Shown here in pieces: positions 55,856 through 61,343 of a DNA stretch of 64,000 nt. The notes beneath the pieces were generated by a model. That model saw nothing but the letters and a program-made list of their open reading frames with translations. It was not told where the DNA came from and searched no databases. Position 1 is the first letter of the stretch; every line of letters begins with the position of its first letter. The stretch comes from Phycisphaerales bacterium (lineage in GTDB: Bacteria; Planctomycetota; Phycisphaerae; Tepidisphaerales; Tepidisphaeraceae), in contig JADLCB010000002.1 in assembly GCA_020847375.1 (NCBI GenBank), positions 11,877 through 75,876 of the forward strand. Direction: 5' to 3'. The position numbers were made by a program, and so were the translations under genes.

Positions 55856-55934
55856 AGCGCGCCGGCGCATGACGGGGCTGGGCTGGGCTGGACTGGACGG
55901 ATTGGGCTGATCGGGGGAACGCCTTTCGGGGGGA

Positions 55935-56522
55935 TTGATGATGTTCAAACCAGATAATTATGCCTTTTTACCCGGGTCGATCACGTTTGCGCCAGGTTGC
56001 TGGGGGGATTATCTGGCGCTGCAGCGGTTTCATTATCGTTGCGGCGCGCCGGCGACGGTGGCGAAAATTGTCAGCGCCTGTTACCAGCCCGTCAGTGGCT
56101 GTGCGATTGGGCAAAACAGCGCTGTGAGGGTTGTCGGGGTGGCGGTGTTGTCGTGGCCGATTCCCAATGCCGGTGCGCGGAATCGTTATTTTGGTTGGGG
56201 CAATCTGTCACCGTCGCAACGGGCGCACCAGGCCAACGCGCAGGTGCGCACGATCAGCCGGGTGATTGTTCATCCGCAGTTCCGCGGTATCGGATTGGCC
56301 AGCGAACTGGTGCGGTTGATGATCGAGCGTTGTCCGGTGCGTTATGTCGAGGCGCTGGCGCATCTGGGCCGGTTTCACCCCTTTTTTCTCAAGGCGGGCA
56401 TGACCTGCCTGGACGCGGGCGACGAAAAACGGGCAGCCTATTTCCTGATTGACCGGTTGGGACGGGCAGGGCAATCGCAAGTAGCCCGCGAGGGTCGAAG
56501 TATTAACGAGCCGCGACCGTGA
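55935..56522 (+). CDS. GNAT-like acyltransferase
   Basis: 195 aa with the acyl-CoA-binding loop pattern ISRVIVHPQFRGIGLASELVRLM. The last ~17 codons (AGQSQVAREGRSINEPRP) are contributed by REP copy E. Confidence 0.6.
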   Translation: MMMFKPDNYAFLPGSITFAPGCWGDYLALQRFHYRCGAPATVAKIVSACYQPVSGCAIGQNSAVRVVGVAVLSWPIPNAGARNRYFGWGNLSPSQRAHQANAQVRTISRVIVHPQFRGIGLASELVRLMIERCPVRYVEALAHLGRFHPFFLKAGMTCLDAGDEKRAAYFLIDRLGRAGQSQVAREGRSINEPRP

Positions 56523-56606
56523 GGGAGCGGGGATCGGCTCAAAAACCGCTCCCTAACGGTCGTGGCTCGTAAGAGATTACCTATCGGACGCCTACTTGCA
56601 TTTGCC
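56467..56606. repeat. REP-like nested palindromic element, copy E (inverted orientation)
   Basis: Outer arms are GGGCAATCGCAAGTAG / CTACTTGCATTTGCCC. Inner arms are AACGAGCCGCGACCGTGAGGGAGCGG / CCGCTCCCTAACGGTCGTGGCTCGT. The loop GGATCGGCTCAAAAA is the reverse complement of the loop in copies A and B. Confidence 0.9.
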
Positions 56607-56658
56607 CGGTCGGGACGGGGCATTGAATGAATTGTCCATTGTAAAAGGATCAATAACC

Positions 56659-58131
56659 ATGAGTGATGGGGTGTATGGTCAATTGACGACTCCTGAGGGG
56701 CTGCACCGCTGGATTGGGCAGCATCTGGAATTGCAGATCAGCCGCCGGGCGGTCTGCCCGGGGCATAGCGCGCCATTTGAATATCTGGTGCGGTCTTATT
56801 TCGAGCCGTCGCAGGATATGGTGGTCTGGGCGCCGCGCGGCGGTGGCAAGACGCGGCTGGCGGCGATTGCGACGCTATTGGATCTGATTCATAAACCCGG
56901 GTTGAAGGTCTGTATTCTGGGCGGAAGTCTGGATCAATCCAAGCATGTCTGGTGGCATTTGCTGGATGATCTGCAGCGCCTGGGGGTTGAGCTGAACCAG
57001 GGGCGCAGCCGGCGGTTGCAACTGGAAAACGGGTCGCTGGCGACGATTTTGGCGCAGTCGCAGACGAGTGTGCGCGGTCAGCGGGTGCAGAAGCTGCGTT
57101 GTGATGAGGTGGATCTGTTTGACCCGGATGTGCTGGAGGCGGCGCAACTGGTCACACGCAGTTTGACCATTGCGCCCGTGTCAACACAGGAAAGGCCGGG
57201 GTTGATTGCTCCGCTGGGAAAACAGGCGGAACATCAACAGGTGGTGCGCGGGGCGGTGGAGCTGATTTCGACGTTTCACCATCAACATGGCCCGATGGCG
57301 CAGCAGGTGGAACTGGCGCGGGCCAGCGGCCGACCGATTGTACACTGGTGTTTGATGGAGGTGCTGGAGCGCTGCCCGGCCGAGCGATCCTGCGAGGGTT
57401 GCCCGCTGTGGGAGGAGTGCCGGGGGGTCGCCAAACACTCCTGTGATGGGCATTTGAAAATCGACGATGCGATCAGCCTGAAGCAGCGTGTCAGCGTCGA
57501 TACCTGGCAATCGGAGCTGCTGTGCCGGCGGCCACGGGTGCGGGGCCGGGTGTTTGACGCATTTGATCGGTCGGTGCATGTGAAAGAAACGTGTGGGGAC
57601 GAAACAGCGGCGGACGCACAGATGAGTCTGGGGATGGATTTTGGTTATGCCAATCCGTTCGTCTGTTTATGGGTTAGAAAAATTGGGGCGATGGTTCATG
57701 TGATGGATGAATATGTGCAAAGGCAAAAGACGCTGGATGCGCATCTGGATGAGATTCAACAGCGCAGCGGTTGGGGGAAAATCACGCAGGTGCATTGCGA
57801 TCCGGCTGGCGGGGCGCGCAACGAACAGACAGCGCGATCGAGCATTGATCTATTGAGACGGCGCGGGTATCGGGTTTTGTATCGGCGCAGCCAGATTGTC
57901 GAGGGTTTGGAGCTGGTGCGCAGTGCGCTGCAACCGGCCTGGGGACAGCCGCGGCTGGCGATTCATCCGCGCTGCCAGCACTTGATCGAAGCCATGGAAA
58001 ATTATCGATATCCTGATGGAGGTGGGGAGTTGCCGCTGAAGGATGGGGTTTATGACCACCCGATGGACGCGCTGCGGTATTGGTTTATTAACGCCCGGCG
58101 CGGCGGGCTGGTCGAGGTGCTGCGGTATTGA
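56659..58131 (+). CDS. Terminase-large-subunit-like ATPase/nuclease (orphan TerL)
   Basis: About 490 aa from the ATG at 56659. It has Walker A VWAPRGGGKTRLAA, Walker B KLRCDEVDLF, and the coupling-like motif ELISTF. A Cys-rich insert reads CPAERSCEGCPLWEEC. The RNase-H-like nuclease half carries GMDFGYANPFVCLWV, VHCDPAGGARN and YDHPMDALRYW. Confidence 0.8.
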   Translation: MSDGVYGQLTTPEGLHRWIGQHLELQISRRAVCPGHSAPFEYLVRSYFEPSQDMVVWAPRGGGKTRLAAIATLLDLIHKPGLKVCILGGSLDQSKHVWWHLLDDLQRLGVELNQGRSRRLQLENGSLATILAQSQTSVRGQRVQKLRCDEVDLFDPDVLEAAQLVTRSLTIAPVSTQERPGLIAPLGKQAEHQQVVRGAVELISTFHHQHGPMAQQVELARASGRPIVHWCLMEVLERCPAERSCEGCPLWEECRGVAKHSCDGHLKIDDAISLKQRVSVDTWQSELLCRRPRVRGRVFDAFDRSVHVKETCGDETAADAQMSLGMDFGYANPFVCLWVRKIGAMVHVMDEYVQRQKTLDAHLDEIQQRSGWGKITQVHCDPAGGARNEQTARSSIDLLRRRGYRVLYRRSQIVEGLELVRSALQPAWGQPRLAIHPRCQHLIEAMENYRYPDGGGELPLKDGVYDHPMDALRYWFINARRGGLVEVLRY

Positions 58132-58614
58132 ACCGTGAACAGGGACGGATCGAAAACAAAAGCATGATTGCGTCAGGAAAATTATTGATTATAATGCTCC
58201 ATATTGATTTGTAAATTGTTATTTTGCAATATGTTATGACTTTTTTACTGTCATTTGATTTGATTCCGTACTGATCATTTCAGATTTATTTTTCAGGCCG
58301 TTTTGGGTTGGCGTTGGATCCGATCCAAGGGAGGGAAATAGAGATTTATGCCACATGGCAATGGCGTCCGATAAGCAGATAGGTTTGAGCACGAAAAAGG
58401 TGCGTCAAAGCAGGCTTGAGATCGGGTGTGCTTTGACGAAAACGGACGAATGCCTATGATAATAGGGCTATCAGTCTGACACGGGTAGACACTGAATCAT
58501 GGACGTTCAGCACCGGAGGTTCTTTCGGTGAGCGTAGGACAGGCCGATAAAATCCACGGATTTTATATCGGTTGACAGGGAAGCATCCCGGCCAGTGTTT
58601 GAACGAGAGAAAAT

Positions 58615-59496
58615 ATGATTGTCGATTGTCATACCCATATTTGGCAAAGCCCTGAACAGCTTGGTTCGCTGGAACTGGGCGAGACGGTTCGATCATCACG
58701 TACCAAGCCGCAGCCGCGCGTTTCGCTGGGTCGATCCAACTGGCGAAACACCCCCGCTGCTGATGCCGATCATCACTGGGCGCAGACTTCGGCGGTGGAT
58801 AAGAGCATTGTGCTGGGTTTTAAGAGCCGGTACATGCAGGCGGAGATTCCCAACGTTTACGTGGCGGATTATGTCAAGCGTTTTCCGCAGAAGTTGATCG
58901 GATTTGCGGGTATTGATCCAACGGAGTCGGCGGCGGTTGAGGAAGTGAATCTGGCCAAGACGGAACTGCAACTCAGCGGGATTACCATCAGCCCGGCCAA
59001 TCAGGATTTTCATCCTTGTGATACGCGGGCGATGAATGTGTACGCCGAGGCGGAAAAACTGGGCATGCCGGTGTTGTGTCACTTCGGCGGTCAATTCACG
59101 CAGAACAGCAAGTTGGAATATGCCCGGCCTTATCTGTTTGATGAAGTGGCACGGACGTTTCCGAACCTGAAACTGGTGATCGCGCAGATGGGTCAGCCGT
59201 GGGTGGATGAGACCATTACGCTGCTGGGCAAGCATCAGAATATTTACGCGGATGTTTCCGGGCTGCTGGGCCGGCCGTGGCAGGCGTATAACGCGCTGGT
59301 CTGCGCGTATCAGTATGATGTGATCGACAAGCTGCTGTTCGGCAGCGATTTTCCCTACACCAGCGCCAATGAGTGCATCGAAGCGCTCTACAGCATCAAC
59401 CAGATCGCGCAGGGGACGAACCTGCCGGTGGTTCCGCGGGAAAGCCTGCGCGGGATCATTGAGCGTGATGCGTTGTCGTTGCTGGGTCTGGAGTGA
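58615..59496 (+). CDS. Amidohydrolase-family (TIM-barrel metal-dependent hydrolase) protein
   Basis: 293 aa with the N-terminal metal-ligand motif MIVDCHTHIW, then VLCHFGG and GSDFPY. Confidence 0.8.
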   Translation: MIVDCHTHIWQSPEQLGSLELGETVRSSRTKPQPRVSLGRSNWRNTPAADADHHWAQTSAVDKSIVLGFKSRYMQAEIPNVYVADYVKRFPQKLIGFAGIDPTESAAVEEVNLAKTELQLSGITISPANQDFHPCDTRAMNVYAEAEKLGMPVLCHFGGQFTQNSKLEYARPYLFDEVARTFPNLKLVIAQMGQPWVDETITLLGKHQNIYADVSGLLGRPWQAYNALVCAYQYDVIDKLLFGSDFPYTSANECIEALYSINQIAQGTNLPVVPRESLRGIIERDALSLLGLE

Positions 59497-60178
59497 TCAT
59501 CGCGCGCAGATGACTATCCTGCGGTAATTGCAGCCTGTCGATAAACGGCTCGTGGCTGCGCGTTGTGGTCAGTTTTAGTTCAGGGGCCAGGTCTGGCGGA
59601 ACGGGGCTGAAGCTCAGCATGATCCGGGGCAGACGCTGGGGCGGAGTCAGATACCCCAGCAGGCGCAACTGCGACTGCACCGGCGCGGGCAGATCAACTT
59701 CAGTCATCGTCATCTTTTGGGCAGCCGTTCCATCCAGCGTAAATGACGCGCGAGTCAGATCGACGCGCTGATCCCAGATCAGCAGTTGCAACTGGAGCTG
59801 GTGTTGATCGTCAAGCGACTGGTGGATCAATTCAAAACTGCGGTGCTGGCTGATCCAGGCGGTCTGCAGCGGCGCATCGGGGGCGAGGGTTGCCACCCAC
59901 TGGCGCAAAAGCGGCGGGAAGGTCAGATGCGTCTGCGAACCCAGCGGCAGCGGATTGACATACGGCACGTCCATCTTGACCGGCGATAAAATTCCGGTCT
60001 GATCGCCGGTTGGTTTCTGCAAGCGGCGCTGAATCATGATGACCAGCCCGGGGGCACTTAAAATCAACAAGGCCACGATAAAAATCAGATTGTTCCTGAC
60101 ATCCTTTTTCACTGCACCAGAGTGTACGGCATTGCATTGCGCAAAACACGGGGGGAGTCGGGACAAATCATGAATCAT
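59456..60178 (-). CDS. Membrane-anchored hypothetical protein
   Basis: I prefer the start at MIHDLS (60178), 10 nt after the stop of the upstream DHOD-like gene. It has a single TM segment, LIFIVALLILSAPGLVIMI. No recognisable motif. Confidence 0.5.
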   Translation of the reverse strand: MIHDLSRLPPCFAQCNAVHSGAVKKDVRNNLIFIVALLILSAPGLVIMIQRRLQKPTGDQTGILSPVKMDVPYVNPLPLGSQTHLTFPPLLRQWVATLAPDAPLQTAWISQHRSFELIHQSLDDQHQLQLQLLIWDQRVDLTRASFTLDGTAAQKMTMTEVDLPAPVQSQLRLLGYLTPPQRLPRIMLSFSPVPPDLAPELKLTTTRSHEPFIDRLQLPQDSHLRAMITPDPATTTHHAQ

Positions 60179-60188
60179 CGCGCCGGGG

Positions 60189-61199
60189 CTACACGACCAC
60201 CCCGCCCTGCACGCGCCAGCTATGCAGGGTGCGCATGTAGTTGGCACGTTCAAACGCCTGCGGGTCGGGACAATGACTCTGGCTCATCGAACCGAGCATC
60301 TGCTTGAGCGAGCGATATTCCTTCTGGATCAGCCAGTTTTCAAACTCCCTGACCACTTCAGCCAAATGACGAATACCATTGCGGAGAATGGCCGAAACCA
60401 TCTGCACGCAACTGGCGCCAGCCATGACGGCTTTGATCGCGTCTTCGTGGGTATGCACCCCGCCGGAACAGGCCAGCGTGGCGTGGGTCTGCCCGAAGAG
60501 GATCGACAACCAGCGCAGGCGCAGCAGCAGTTCGCTGCTGTCACTGAGGCGCAGGGTGGGACGGGTTTCCAGCTCGGCGATATCAATATCGGGCTGATAG
60601 AACCGGTTGAACAGGACCATGCTGTCGGCGCCGGCGTCATCCAGTCGGGCGACCAGATGCGGCAGAGCACCGAAAAACGGCGAGAGTTTGACCGCCATGG
60701 GGATTTTGATCACTTTGCGCACGCTGGCGGCGGTCTCCACGATCCGGTCTTCAAGCTGCCAGCAGGTTTCCTGCGGATCGGTTGCGATGTAATAGACATT
60801 CAGCTCCAGGGCATCGGCGCCGGCTTGTTCCATCAAACCGGCCCAGTCGGTCCAGCCGCCGGGGCTGGTGCCGTTGAGCGAGGCAATAACGGGAATGGAG
60901 AGGTTCTTCTTGAGCTTGCGAATGTGATCGAGATATTCATGTTTTCCCAGCCGATAATCGCTGACGGGTGGGAAATAGCTGTGCGCTTCGAGGTGGGCAT
61001 TGGCGTACAGCTCCATGTGATAGATGGAGGCATGGCGCTCGCCGATGAGTTGCTCCTCAAACAGCGAGTGCATGATGATCGCGGCAGCACCGGCATCCTG
61101 GGCGCGCTGGGCGGTCTCCAGATCCGCAGCCACCGGTGAAGCGCCGACAACCAGCGGGTGTTTGAGTTTCAAGCCGCAATAGGTGGTGCTCAGATCCAT
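60189..61199 (-). CDS. Dihydroorotate dehydrogenase-like TIM-barrel flavoprotein
   Basis: MDLSTTYCGLKLKHPLVVGASP and a PyrD-like barrel, but the ELN(L/V)SCPN catalytic block reads ALELNVYYIATD. It lies directly downstream of nifJ. I prefer the ATG at 61199. Confidence 0.75.
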   Translation of the reverse strand: MDLSTTYCGLKLKHPLVVGASPVAADLETAQRAQDAGAAAIIMHSLFEEQLIGERHASIYHMELYANAHLEAHSYFPPVSDYRLGKHEYLDHIRKLKKNLSIPVIASLNGTSPGGWTDWAGLMEQAGADALELNVYYIATDPQETCWQLEDRIVETAASVRKVIKIPMAVKLSPFFGALPHLVARLDDAGADSMVLFNRFYQPDIDIAELETRPTLRLSDSSELLLRLRWLSILFGQTHATLACSGGVHTHEDAIKAVMAGASCVQMVSAILRNGIRHLAEVVREFENWLIQKEYRSLKQMLGSMSQSHCPDPQAFERANYMRTLHSWRVQGGVVV

Positions 61200-61343
61200 G
61201 ACAAACTCACTTTCGGAAAGTGCCTGCTTTACGTTGCGCGCCCGTTGTGGCAGGCGCAGCAATCAAACGCACCGGTTCGATCATTTATTTTTTCGCAACT
61301 CGCGCCGCGTGCTGATCCAACCCAGCTCGGCGGCAACATCCTC

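Noticed and set aside
53970-58300. Intact or inducible prophage around the terminase-like gene
   Set aside because: No portal, capsid, protease, tail, lysis, integrase or repressor/antirepressor genes occur next to TerL or anywhere else in the 64 kb. No tRNA or att-like direct repeats were found at the edges. At most this is a domesticated or relic module.
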